A DNA stretch of 64,000 nt from Micrococcales bacterium (lineage in GTDB: Bacteria; Actinomycetota; Actinomycetes; Actinomycetales; Microbacteriaceae), in contig CANLCU010000001.1 of the NCBI GenBank assembly GCA_947489135.1, positions 276 through 64,275 of the forward strand, read 5' to 3'. The translations under genes and the position numbers were made by a program. The notes under the pieces were generated by a model. That model was not told the origin of the DNA. It saw only the letters and a program-made list of their open reading frames with translations, and did not search any database. This document shows positions 31,824 to 41,603 of the stretch, piece after piece (position 1 is the first letter of the stretch; each line of letters opens with the position of its first letter).

Positions 31824-32944
31824 GCGTCGCGACTAATCACTTTCAAAGCAAGAGCCTTTAGGGTTGCCTTTGCTGACTCTTCCAAGTTCGCAGCATCAAG
31901 AGACTCTAGGCTGCGATCACCTAATTCGACAATCATTCGCTCTGTCTTTTCTAGAGCACCAGAATCCTTAATCAGTTTTTGCATAAATGCAATCTGATGA
32001 GTATCTAACTCTCTACTAGTCAGTAGTTCCTCAAAACTCTCTGCCATAGATGGAGATCTTTCGGTCAGAGCTTCAAGAGTTAGGGCTACCAAGACGGTTC
32101 TCTTACCTTCACGAAGGTCATCCCCAGCAGGCTTGCCGGTAACGCTTGGATCTCCGAATACGCCGAGAATGTCATCTCTGAGTTGGAAGGCAATTCCTAG
32201 AGGAATACCGAACTGGGTGAATTGACTTAGTTTGGCAGGGTCTGCTCCTGCGAAAGCAGCACCAATTCGAAGTGGAGCTTCAATGCTGTATTTAGCTGTT
32301 TTATAAAGAATGACTTTTTCAGCACGACCAACACCTTCGCTTACCGGTCGAGTAGCAGCTGCGTTCTCTTCTAGAACATCTAGGTACTGACCTGCCATTA
32401 CTTCAACTCTCATCAAGCTGAATTCATCACGGCATGCACTTTCAATTTCACGATTAGGGGAGTGAAGTAGAGCGTTACCGAAGATTTCACTCGACCAACC
32501 CAACATAAGATCACCGACTAAAACTGAACCTGCAACACCAAATCTCTCAGGAGCACCTGCCCAGCTCTTCTCCTTGTGAAGGGTTTCAAAACGCTTGTGA
32601 ATAGCAGGGGCACCACGTCTTGTGTCTGACTGATCTAGTAAATCATCGTGAACTAGGGCTGCAGCGTGGAACATTTCAAGAGAAGCTGCAATGCCAGCAA
32701 TGGCTTGTTCTGAATCTTGAATCTCTTGTTCGCTCTGGTGATATGAGGAATCATTCAAACATGCACGCCAAGCCCAGTAGCAGAATAGGGCTCTAAATCT
32801 CTTGCCACCTTGGAGCAAACTCTGGGTGTAATCCACTACAGGGATTAGATCTGTAGAAATTGCCTCAAAGTCGGTTCGCTGTTTTTGACAGAAACTGTCT
32901 AAATTAGCCTGAACCTGGCCTAAAAGATTTGTTGAATAATTCAC
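31820..32944 (-). CDS. Polyprenyl (geranylgeranyl) diphosphate synthase
   Basis: GGKRFR, HDDLLDQSDTRRG, GQYLD, FQLRDDILG, GDDLREGK. Confidence 0.93.
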   Translation of the reverse strand: MNYSTNLLGQVQANLDSFCQKQRTDFEAISTDLIPVVDYTQSLLQGGKRFRALFCYWAWRACLNDSSYHQSEQEIQDSEQAIAGIAASLEMFHAAALVHDDLLDQSDTRRGAPAIHKRFETLHKEKSWAGAPERFGVAGSVLVGDLMLGWSSEIFGNALLHSPNREIESACRDEFSLMRVEVMAGQYLDVLEENAAATRPVSEGVGRAEKVILYKTAKYSIEAPLRIGAAFAGADPAKLSQFTQFGIPLGIAFQLRDDILGVFGDPSVTGKPAGDDLREGKRTVLVALTLEALTERSPSMAESFEELLTSRELDTHQIAFMQKLIKDSGALEKTERMIVELGDRSLESLDAANLEESAKATLKALALKVISRDA

Positions 32945-33002
32945 TGGAATAGCCTAACTTGGCGAATAGGTTTAGCATTAAAGGCAAGGCGAGGAGAATA
33001 CT

Positions 33003-33374
33003 TTGGGATTGAGTGAGAACGAGCAAAAAGTTCTTGATGAACTTGAGCGTCAACTTAACGGTGGCAAGCCTGTTGCTAAGGAAAAGAAGACTCCTGAGCT
33101 ACCGGGCAAGGTCAAATACGGACGACTTCTAGTCCTAGGCTCAGTCCTTGTGGTCTTTGGCCTTGGCCTAATGATTTTTGCTACTTCTATCCAGCAGGTA
33201 ACCGTTGGTGTTCTAGCCTTTTTGACCATGCTCACCGGTCTTTACCTGGTTAGCCAGAACTGGACCAGCAAGGCATTTAGGGAGAGCCAACCTAAGCCAA
33301 CCCAAGATAAAGGTCCAAAACCTGGAACTTCGGGCTATTTTCAGAACCGTTGGGATCAGCGAAACGGTAACTAA
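33003..33374 (+). CDS. DUF3040 family membrane protein
   Basis: LSENEQKVLDELERQL, two TM helices, C-terminal RW; SD GAGGAG; usual neighbour of mraZ. Confidence 0.85.
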   Translation: MGLSENEQKVLDELERQLNGGKPVAKEKKTPELPGKVKYGRLLVLGSVLVVFGLGLMIFATSIQQVTVGVLAFLTMLTGLYLVSQNWTSKAFRESQPKPTQDKGPKPGTSGYFQNRWDQRNGN

Positions 33375-33409
33375 AAACATGACTTAGCTGCCAAAAAGGC
33401 AGCAAATAC

Positions 33410-33440
33410 AAGGACTTCAGCCCAAAAGCTGAGGTCCTTT
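33410..33440 (+). terminator. Probable intrinsic terminator after DUF3040
   Basis: AAGGACTTCAGC-ccaaaa-GCTGAGGTCCTT followed by T. Confidence 0.6.
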
Positions 33441-33556
33441 AGTCATTTAAGCCCAAAATTGCCAATATTTAGGAATATCCCTCCACCACATTACCCCTTG
33501 CTTTTATTGACCTAAACACGCCAGAATTGTAAGTTCTTACAGATATTTGTATATTT

Positions 33557-33580
33557 GTGGATGAAAGTGGTGTAATGTGG
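33557..33580 (+). promoter_or_regulatory. MraZ binding repeats
   Basis: Three GTGG at exact 10-bp period (33557, 33567, 33577) upstream of mraZ; inverted partial copy CCACATTAC at 33486. Confidence 0.85.
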
Positions 33581-33619
33581 AGCAAAGGTCTAAAGGCGAA
33601 CTAGAGGAAGGGCGAGCAA

Positions 33620-34051
33620 GTGTTCATTGGTACTAGCTATCCCAAACTCGATGAGAAGTTCCGTTTGATCCTTCCGGCTAAGTTCAGAGATCGTCTGGCT
33701 GGAGGAGTAGTCCTAACTAAAGGACAAGAAAACTGTGTCGTTGTAATGACCAGAGCTGAATACGAGAGCAGAGCAGCAGCTCTAACAGCTAACAAAACAA
33801 TTGGAACCCAGGACTTTAGAGTGCTAAACCGTCACTTCTTTGGTGATGCAGATGAGCAGACTCCAGATGGTCAAGGAAGAATCTTGGTCACCGCAACTCT
33901 TCGTGAGTGGGCAGGCCTAGGACGCGAACTAGTTGTTGCAGGTGCTGGTAAGCACATTGAAATTTGGAACCCAGAAACCCGTGCCGCATTTATGAATGCT
34001 GGAGCTGAAGCTTTCGCAAACTACAACGAGGGGGAGGTGAGGCTGAATTAA
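33620..34051 (+). CDS. mraZ: Transcriptional regulator MraZ
   Basis: LDEKFRLILPAKFR, DGQGRI, IEIW. Confidence 0.95.
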   Translation: MFIGTSYPKLDEKFRLILPAKFRDRLAGGVVLTKGQENCVVVMTRAEYESRAAALTANKTIGTQDFRVLNRHFFGDADEQTPDGQGRILVTATLREWAGLGRELVVAGAGKHIEIWNPETRAAFMNAGAEAFANYNEGEVRLN

Positions 34052-34152
34052 TTCCTAGTTCCTAATCTCCAGCTATTTGGCTTTGGATTTCTCCCCCGAT
34101 TCCTAAAGCAGCAACCAAAAGGTGCAAATGGATGGGGTTTAGGTTCTAGGAA
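34052..34152 (+). ncRNA. mraW RNA motif-like cis-regulatory structure
   Basis: Between mraZ and rsmH(mraW); outer stem TTCCTAG/CTAGGAA and CCTAA/TTAGG; inner hairpin GCTTTGGA/TCCTAAAGC with loop containing CTCCCCC (known loop consensus CUUCCCC). Confidence 0.7.
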
Positions 34153-34165
34153 CTAAAAGCAACAA

Positions 34166-35125
34166 ATGTCAGAAATCTCCTCACTTCACGAACCAGTTCT
34201 TCTAGAACGTTGCATTGAAATCCTTGGCGAAGCTCTAAAAGGTGAATCAGCAATTTTGGTTGATGGAACTCTTGGTCTTGGCGGACACAGCGAAGCATTC
34301 CTTTTGAGATTTCCAAACCTGATTCTTGTTGGAATTGATCGAGATGAGAATGCACTTCGTCTAGCAGGTGAGCGTCTTGCTCCTTTCGCAGATCGTATTC
34401 ACCTTGTTCAAGCCGTATACAGCGAAATCCCTGAAGTACTTGAAGAGCTAGGTCTAAACCTTGCCGATGCAGTTCTTCTAGATCTAGGCGTTTCTTCAAT
34501 GCAGCTTGATGAAAAGGAAAGAGGCTTCGCTTATTCATTCGATGCACCACTGGATATGCGAATGGATTCAACTGAAGAACTTACCGCTGCCAAGGTTCTC
34601 AATGAATACAGCGAAGATGACCTCAACCGAATCTTCAAAACCTATGGTGAAGAAAGATACGCGAGAGCAATCGCACGTCAGATTGTGAAGATTAGATCTA
34701 AGTCTCCATTCACAACAAGCAAGCAGCTCACCGACATCATTTCCAAGGTTGTTCCATTCATCCCAGGTAAGAGCTCTGGTCACCCTGCTAAGCGTGTATT
34801 CCAAGCCTTACGTATTGAAGTGAACCGTGAACTTGAAATTCTTGAAGACACAATTCCTGCAGTAATCGATGCACTAAAGATTGATGGCAGAGTTTTGGTT
34901 CTTTCATACCAGTCACTAGAAGACCGAATTGTGAAGCAGGCTCTTGTTGCTGCATCAACTTCTTCAGCTCCGCTGGATCTTCCAATTGAACTTGAGCAAC
35001 ATGCTCCAATCCTTCGCCTCCTTGTTAGGGGAGCGGAAAAGGCATCAGAGCAAGAGATAAGTAGAAACCCTAGATCAGCTTCAGTTCGACTGCGTGCTGC
35101 CCAGAAAATTAGGAACGCAGCATGA
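34166..35125 (+). CDS. rsmH: 16S rRNA C1402 N4-methyltransferase
   Basis: HEPVLL, DGTLGLGGH, DLGVSSMQLD..ERGF, FQALRIEVN, NPRSASVRLR. Confidence 0.97.
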   Translation: MSEISSLHEPVLLERCIEILGEALKGESAILVDGTLGLGGHSEAFLLRFPNLILVGIDRDENALRLAGERLAPFADRIHLVQAVYSEIPEVLEELGLNLADAVLLDLGVSSMQLDEKERGFAYSFDAPLDMRMDSTEELTAAKVLNEYSEDDLNRIFKTYGEERYARAIARQIVKIRSKSPFTTSKQLTDIISKVVPFIPGKSSGHPAKRVFQALRIEVNRELEILEDTIPAVIDALKIDGRVLVLSYQSLEDRIVKQALVAASTSSAPLDLPIELEQHAPILRLLVRGAEKASEQEISRNPRSASVRLRAAQKIRNAA

Positions 35126-35763
35126 GCGTATTGAGACAAGCCCAACCTATTCGTCCTCTAGCACCTAGAAGACATCTAAGACCTGTAACAACTACAGTTC
35201 AGCCAGTAAGACGACCGAAGGTAAAGAGTGCTTCAAGAGCCAACCAGGCAGTATCCAGATTTCCTCAAGCAGTTCTTAGAAAAGTAATCGTTGGCCTTAC
35301 TCTAATTTCCATCTCTGGCCTTGTAGTCAACAATTTCTGCGACACTGCTGTCTACACAATCTCAACTTTGAAGAAGGACACAGAAGCACTAGCTACCCAA
35401 ACCCAGGTTGTTAGCCAGCAGGTTGACTCACTTCGTTCTCCTCAGAACCTAGCTAACAGCGCTAAGGCTCTTGGCATGATCGTGAATTCAAACCCAGTGT
35501 TCTTGAATGTTAGAGACGCAAAGGTTCTAGGCTCTGCAGTTCCTGCATCAGCGGAGAGCTCAATGGCTGTATCAAAGAACTTGATTGCAAATGCGGCTAT
35601 GACAGTAAAGAGCAACGTTTCTAAGTTGAATGGTGCATCTGCCGCAACTATTGATGCGCCTATCCTGAAAACTTCCAATAATGAGAGTGTCAAGACTAAT
35701 AACCCAAGTGCTACCGAAGTACCTTTAACTTCGGCGGTCATCCCTAAATCGCCTACGAACTAA
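35122..35763 (+). CDS. ftsL: FtsL-like cell division protein
   Basis: Between rsmH and ftsI; basic N-terminus, one TM, coiled coil, SPQNLANSAKALGM. Confidence 0.72.
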   Translation: MSVLRQAQPIRPLAPRRHLRPVTTTVQPVRRPKVKSASRANQAVSRFPQAVLRKVIVGLTLISISGLVVNNFCDTAVYTISTLKKDTEALATQTQVVSQQVDSLRSPQNLANSAKALGMIVNSNPVFLNVRDAKVLGSAVPASAESSMAVSKNLIANAAMTVKSNVSKLNGASAATIDAPILKTSNNESVKTNNPSATEVPLTSAVIPKSPTN

Positions 35764-35780
35764 CTGGACTTAGGTGTTAG

Positions 35781-37532
35781 ATGCATACAAGCCAAACTGA
35801 CAGAAGGTACACGGCATTCGTTGTCGTATTGCTGCTCGTCATTTCAGCTTTCGTGGGCAGACTAATTTATGTTCAAGTTGTGGACGCGGATCGTCTAAAC
35901 GCACTATCAACTCAAGCTAGAGAAACTACTAGAACTATTCCTGCTATTCGTGGAAACATCATCGATAGTGATGGTCGCATTCTTGCAACGACAGTTGTGA
36001 GTTGGGATGTGAACGTAGATCCTAAGATTGTTGGTCCGGTGGTGCTAACTATCGACGGCGAGAAGGTTGCCTTTACAAAAGACCAAATGGCAGAGAAGCT
36101 TTCCGGGATTCTAAAAGTTCCTACAGACGTTCTAATTGAAAAGATGACTGGAACTTCTAGGTATGCCAATCTAAAGAAGTCTGTAAGCGCAGCTACTTTT
36201 ACAAAATTACAAGAACTAAATCTTCCTTGGCTTTACTTTGACCAAAAGCAAGAGCGTCACTATCCAGATGGAGCGGTTGCAGGAAATCTTCTTGGCTTCG
36301 TTGGGTCAGATGGATCAGCTCTTGAAGGTATTGAGCGAATGATGAACTCTTGCCTTGCTGGAACTGATGGAAAAGAAACATACATTGAAGGAGCGGACCG
36401 TATTCGCATTCCTTCATCTGTGCAGACCATTCAGCAGGTTAAGCATGGCTCTGACGTAGTTCTCTCTATCAACTCTGATTTGCAGTACTCAGCTCAACAG
36501 GAAATGGCTGCAACTGTCAGAAGATTGAAAGCGGACTGGGCTAGCGCAATTGTGATTGAAGTTGCTACTGGAAGAATTTTGGCTGCTGCTGAAGCTCCAA
36601 CAGTTGATCCAAACAATCCAAGTGGAGTTGAATCCCAGAACCGTTCTTCACGTATTTTTAGAGCAGCCTTTGAACCTGGCTCAATCCTTAAGCCTGTAGC
36701 TGCCGCAACAGCAGTAGACGTTGGCAAAGCAACTCCATTGACTCAAGTAATTGCTCCATACTCTCTTCGTATGCCATGGGGAGAAAGAATTAATGATTCT
36801 CACCAGCACGCACCAGACAAGCTAACACTTACCGGTGTGCTAGTTGATTCATCAAATACAGGACTTGTTCAACTTGGCGGAAAAGTTAGCTCAAAGACTC
36901 GTTACGAATATATGCAGAAGTTCGGTATGGGTTCTAAATCAGGAGTGAACTTCGAAGGTGAATCTTCAGGTCTTCTTGCTGATTACAAAAACTGGGACAA
37001 GATGACCGACAAGACCGTAATGTTCGGGCAAGGTGTATCACTCACACCAATTCAAACTGCGGGTATCTATCAGGCAATTGCAAATAAAGGCGTTCGTCTT
37101 TCACCTGTTCTAGTTGAGGGCTGTGTTGATAGTTCAGGAACTCTAACTAGAACTGCCGTTGATGCTCCAGTTAGAGTCATCAGTGAGGAAACAGCTGCCA
37201 CCACCATTGACATGCTTGAGAAAGTTGTTGAGTTTGGTTCTATTGGTAAGACCGCACGAATTCAGGGTTACCGTGTTGGAGGCAAGACTGGAACAGCTCA
37301 AATTGCTGAAGGTAAAGGTTATGGTCGACTCTTTGCTGTTTCCTTTGTTGGACTTGCTCCAGTTGAAGATCCCAAGTACATCGTTGCCGTAACTGCATTC
37401 AAATCTAGAACTGTTAGCAACTCTCTAGGAGCAACACCTGGTTTTGTGTCTGTTATGAAGCAGGTACTAAAGACTTACGCTGTGCCGCCATCAACTACAA
37501 AATCAAAGAAGATTGCGATTAGGTGGAAGTAA
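35781..37532 (+). CDS. ftsI: Septal transpeptidase FtsI (class B PBP)
   Basis: RGNIID, FEPGSILK (SxxK), SSN, KTGTAQ. Confidence 0.95.
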   Translation: MHTSQTDRRYTAFVVVLLLVISAFVGRLIYVQVVDADRLNALSTQARETTRTIPAIRGNIIDSDGRILATTVVSWDVNVDPKIVGPVVLTIDGEKVAFTKDQMAEKLSGILKVPTDVLIEKMTGTSRYANLKKSVSAATFTKLQELNLPWLYFDQKQERHYPDGAVAGNLLGFVGSDGSALEGIERMMNSCLAGTDGKETYIEGADRIRIPSSVQTIQQVKHGSDVVLSINSDLQYSAQQEMAATVRRLKADWASAIVIEVATGRILAAAEAPTVDPNNPSGVESQNRSSRIFRAAFEPGSILKPVAAATAVDVGKATPLTQVIAPYSLRMPWGERINDSHQHAPDKLTLTGVLVDSSNTGLVQLGGKVSSKTRYEYMQKFGMGSKSGVNFEGESSGLLADYKNWDKMTDKTVMFGQGVSLTPIQTAGIYQAIANKGVRLSPVLVEGCVDSSGTLTRTAVDAPVRVISEETAATTIDMLEKVVEFGSIGKTARIQGYRVGGKTGTAQIAEGKGYGRLFAVSFVGLAPVEDPKYIVAVTAFKSRTVSNSLGATPGFVSVMKQVLKTYAVPPSTTKSKKIAIRWK

Positions 37533-39079
37533 TGACTCCAAAGCAATCAATCCCTCCAATTCTTCGACCAGACCTAGTCACTCCTGTTCCACTTGAAGTA
37601 TTCGCTACGAGATTCAATCTTGAAGTAGTTGGAAATCCAGAGACTGTCTTGCTCACAGGTATCAGCATGAACACCGGAGATCTAAGACCTGGTGATCTAT
37701 TTGTTGCTATGCCTGGAATAAAGACGCATGGCGCAAACTTCATCGCTAAAGCTATTGAGCAAGGTGCAGTTGCAGTTGTTACCGATTCAGAGGGATTAGA
37801 ACTTCTTCACGGCATAGCAATTCCGGTAATGCGTTTAGAGGAACCTAGAACACACCTAGGGGAGTTAGCTGCTTTTGTTTATGGAAATACCGAGGGCAAC
37901 ATGCCTCTTCTTTTTGGTACGACTGGAACAAACGGTAAAACATCAACTAGCTACCTCCTTGAAGGAATACTTCGTCAGCTAGGTAGAACCACAGGACTAA
38001 CATCCACTGCTGAAAGACACATTGCAGGTGAAGTTATTGTTAGCCGTCTAACAACTCCTGAATCACCTGAGATGCAGGCACTCATCGCAAGAATGCGTGA
38101 AAAAGGTGTAACCGATGTTGCTATTGAGGTTTCAGCCCAAGCGCTAACTCAGCTAAGAGTTGATGGCTTGGTGTTTGATGTTGCTGGATTTACAAACCTC
38201 AGCCACGATCACTTTGATGACTATGACGGTTTTGATGACTACCTCTCTGCAAAAGCAAAACTCTTCACTAAAGAGAAATCCAAGAAAGCTGTTGTCTGTC
38301 TAGACACTGTTTACGGAAAGAGAATTGCTGAACGAAGTGAAGTTCCAGTTACAACAATCTCTATGAACCCTGAAGATGGTGCGCACTGGAATGTAAGAAT
38401 CTTGGCTGAGCTACCTGGTAAAACAGAGTTTGAACTAACTGGTCCTCAAGGGCAACAGCTTGTGAGCAGTGTTCCAATCCTTGGAGCTCACATGGCTTCT
38501 AATGCGGGATTGGCAATCGTCATGGCAGCAACTGCTGGGTATGATTTCAAAGATATTGCTAAGGCTCTAGCCAATGGTATTGATGCCTACCTACCAGGTC
38601 GCACTGAACTTGTTTCACCGGTTGGTGCACCTTTTGTTTATGTTGACTTCGGACATAGTCCAGATGCTTTCCTCAACACTCTTGCTGCCGTTAGAAAAGT
38701 AACTAAGGGAAAAGTTCTAATGCTCTTTGGTGCAGATGGCGACAGAGATGCTTCTAAGCGACCTGAGATGGCAAGAGTGGCAGCCGCTGGCTGTGACATT
38801 CTTGTGATTACCGATCATCATCCAAGATTTGAAAACCCAGCTTCTATTCGCAAAGCGCTGGTTGAAGCTGCACGCGAATTTAGACCAGAGCTTGAGATAC
38901 ATGAGGTGTCTCCACCAGAGGCAGCAATTCGTTTAGCTGTTTCATTAGTTGGTACAGGGGATGCAATTTTGTGGGCAGGACCTGGTCATCAGGACTACCG
39001 CGACATTGAAGGAGTGAGAACTCCATACTCTGCAAGATCTGAAGCAAGAGAAGCACTCAAGGAAGCAGGCTACAAATGA
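37532..39079 (+). CDS. murE: Mur ligase MurE (non-canonical specificity motif)
   Basis: TGTNGKTST, TTPES, FTNLSHDH, GDRD..KR; HHPR in place of DNPR; ATG 37532 overlaps the ftsI stop. Confidence 0.92.
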   Translation: MTPKQSIPPILRPDLVTPVPLEVFATRFNLEVVGNPETVLLTGISMNTGDLRPGDLFVAMPGIKTHGANFIAKAIEQGAVAVVTDSEGLELLHGIAIPVMRLEEPRTHLGELAAFVYGNTEGNMPLLFGTTGTNGKTSTSYLLEGILRQLGRTTGLTSTAERHIAGEVIVSRLTTPESPEMQALIARMREKGVTDVAIEVSAQALTQLRVDGLVFDVAGFTNLSHDHFDDYDGFDDYLSAKAKLFTKEKSKKAVVCLDTVYGKRIAERSEVPVTTISMNPEDGAHWNVRILAELPGKTEFELTGPQGQQLVSSVPILGAHMASNAGLAIVMAATAGYDFKDIAKALANGIDAYLPGRTELVSPVGAPFVYVDFGHSPDAFLNTLAAVRKVTKGKVLMLFGADGDRDASKRPEMARVAAAGCDILVITDHHPRFENPASIRKALVEAAREFRPELEIHEVSPPEAAIRLAVSLVGTGDAILWAGPGHQDYRDIEGVRTPYSARSEAREALKEAGYK

Positions 39080-40473
39080 TAGCCATTAGCTTGCACGAGA
39101 TTGCAGAAGCCATTGAAGCCAAACTAATTGGCGATGGAACAGTTATAGTTTCAGGTTCTGTTGAGACAGATTCAAGACACATCAAAGCTGGATCATTGTT
39201 TGTTGCTAAACCGGGCGAAGTCACAGACGGGCATGAGTTTGTTTCAAGTGCGATAGCAAATGGCGCAGTAGCCCTAATTGTTGAACATGAAGTTAGTAGC
39301 ACTGTGCCTCAGTTAGTGGTGAAAGATTCAGTGCATGCTCTTGGTCTACTTGCCAAGCATGTAGTAGCAAAAGTAAAAGCTCTTGGGCAGTTGAAGGTAA
39401 TTGGGGTAACTGGATCAAACGGTAAGACAACTACTAAGAACATGTTGCGAGAGGTACTCTCAACTGCTGGTGAAATTATCGCACCAGAAGAGTCTTTCAA
39501 TAATGAAGTTGGTGCACCATATTCCATGCTCAAGATTGATGAGCAAACTAGATTCCTAGTTGTTGAGATGGGTGCTGGTGGTCCTGGAACTATTAAGTAC
39601 TTGGCTGAGATGTGTGAACCTGATCTTGGCATTGAACTTAAAGTCGGTCTTGCCCACGCAGGTGAATTTGGTGGAATTGAGATTACCGAAAACATTAAGG
39701 CAGAACTAGTTGAAGAACTTGCTCCAACTGGAATAGCACTTCTTAATTTTGATGATGAACGTGTAATGAACATGGTTAGTAGAACTAAAGCAAAAGTGAT
39801 TACCTTCGGTCTTGGTGGAGGCAGTGACTATTCAGCATCCGATGTAGCAATCAATTTGTCTGGCACAAGTTTTGAGTATTCAACACCTGATGGAACCAAG
39901 TCAAAGGTAAATCTTCAAATCCTTGGTGAGCATCACGTCTATAACGCACTTGCTGCTCTAGCTACCGGTGAGATTCTTGGTGTTGATCGCAAACTAGCAA
40001 TTGAAGCTATTGAAGGAATGACGCTAGCGGAGAAGTGGCGCATGGAATTGGGTATCGCTGAATCTGGAGTGACAGTGATCAACGATGCTTACAACGCCAG
40101 CCCAGACTCGATGAGAGCAGCTCTTCAGACTCTTGCTCAATTAGGCAGGATCTCAGGCAAGAAGACAGTTGCTGTTATGGGTGAGATGGCCGAACTAGGA
40201 GAGTTCTCAGCCCATGAGCATGATGCTATTGGGCGAATTGCTGTGCGATTGAACCTAGGCCAGGTAGTTGTTGTTGGTAAAGGTGCCAAATTGATCCACA
40301 TGGGAGCATCTCAAGAGGGTTCATGGGACGGGGAATCTCAGTATTTCGATGAAATCTCCAACGCTCTTGGCTATCTGCGTGAAATGCTTACAGGAGACGA
40401 AATCGTCTTAGTGAAATCTTCAAAGTCAGCGAATCTAAGATTTCTTGGCGATGACCTCTTGAAGGAGAACTAA
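39076..40473 (+). CDS. murF: UDP-MurNAc-tripeptide:D-Ala-D-Ala ligase
   Basis: VTGSNGKTTTK, SFNNEVG, INDAYNASPDSM, GEMAELG. Confidence 0.96.
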   Translation: MIAISLHEIAEAIEAKLIGDGTVIVSGSVETDSRHIKAGSLFVAKPGEVTDGHEFVSSAIANGAVALIVEHEVSSTVPQLVVKDSVHALGLLAKHVVAKVKALGQLKVIGVTGSNGKTTTKNMLREVLSTAGEIIAPEESFNNEVGAPYSMLKIDEQTRFLVVEMGAGGPGTIKYLAEMCEPDLGIELKVGLAHAGEFGGIEITENIKAELVEELAPTGIALLNFDDERVMNMVSRTKAKVITFGLGGGSDYSASDVAINLSGTSFEYSTPDGTKSKVNLQILGEHHVYNALAALATGEILGVDRKLAIEAIEGMTLAEKWRMELGIAESGVTVINDAYNASPDSMRAALQTLAQLGRISGKKTVAVMGEMAELGEFSAHEHDAIGRIAVRLNLGQVVVVGKGAKLIHMGASQEGSWDGESQYFDEISNALGYLREMLTGDEIVLVKSSKSANLRFLGDDLLKEN

Positions 40474-41603
40474 TGAGAGCACTACTACTTGCAGGGCTTT
40501 TAGGGCTTGTGCTTTCTCTTGTCATCACACCCGTTCTGATTTGGTTGTTCAAGAAAATTGGTTGGGGTCAGATAGTTCGAGTTGATGGTCCTTCAACTCA
40601 CCTAATAAAACGTGGAACTCCAAGCATGGGTGGAATTGGAATCATTCTCAGTGCTGTTGCCTCTTACTTTGTAGCAAAGATGGTAAATGGTGAGCCACCA
40701 ACTTACTCAGCTCTACTAGTTATGTTCATGATGGTTGGTCTTGGTCTGGTTGGCTTCATTGATGACTATCTAAAGGTTCGTGGACAAAACACAGCTGGAC
40801 TAAAAGGTCTCTACAAGATTGCAGGTCAAATACTTGTTGCAACTATCTTCGCTTGGGCATCTCTGCAGAACAAAGACATTTTTGGACTAACTCCTGCATC
40901 AACTGAAATCTCTATTTTCCGAGACACTGGATTTGATCTAGCCAAGATTGCTCCAGAGTCTTGGGGCGAGATTGCAATTTGGATTGGAGCAGCTGCGTTC
41001 CTGTTCTGGATTTATCTACTTGTAGTAAGTGCATCAAATGGTGTGAACCTAACTGATGGAGCAGATGGTCTTGCTACCGGTTCATTGATTATGTCTATCG
41101 GTGCTTTTGCAGTTATCGGTTTCTGGAAGTTCAACCAGGCCTGTGATGTAACTAACATCGCTCCTAACTGTTACAACACAAGAGACCCACTTGATCTAGC
41201 TGTTATTGCTGCAGCAATTGTTGGAGCTCTAATTGGTTTCCTTTGGTTCAACACCAACCCAGCACAAATCTTCATGGGGGATAGTGGTTCCCTTGGTCTA
41301 GGTGGAGCTCTAGCAGCTCTTGCTATTCTTTCCCGCACCGAAGTGCTTCTGGTTCTAGTTGGAGGACTATTTGCTATCTCTGCTGGTTCAGTCATCTTGC
41401 AGCGAAGCGTATTCAAGTTGTCTAGAACATTCACTGGCACACCAAGACGTATCTTCCTAAACAGCCCACTTCATCACCACTTTGAAGAAAAGGGTTGGAA
41501 CGAAGTAACCGTAGTAGTTAGATTCTGGATCATTTGTGGATTGCTAGTTATGGCTGGAATTGGTTTGTTCTACGTCGAGTGGATTTATGGCTCGGTTGCA
41601 TGA
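40473..41603 (+). CDS. mraY: Phospho-MurNAc-pentapeptide transferase
   Basis: KRGTPSMGG, GFIDDY, NGVNLTDGADGLA, FMGDSGS, PLHHHFE. Confidence 0.97.
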   Translation: MRALLLAGLLGLVLSLVITPVLIWLFKKIGWGQIVRVDGPSTHLIKRGTPSMGGIGIILSAVASYFVAKMVNGEPPTYSALLVMFMMVGLGLVGFIDDYLKVRGQNTAGLKGLYKIAGQILVATIFAWASLQNKDIFGLTPASTEISIFRDTGFDLAKIAPESWGEIAIWIGAAAFLFWIYLLVVSASNGVNLTDGADGLATGSLIMSIGAFAVIGFWKFNQACDVTNIAPNCYNTRDPLDLAVIAAAIVGALIGFLWFNTNPAQIFMGDSGSLGLGGALAALAILSRTEVLLVLVGGLFAISAGSVILQRSVFKLSRTFTGTPRRIFLNSPLHHHFEEKGWNEVTVVVRFWIICGLLVMAGIGLFYVEWIYGSVA

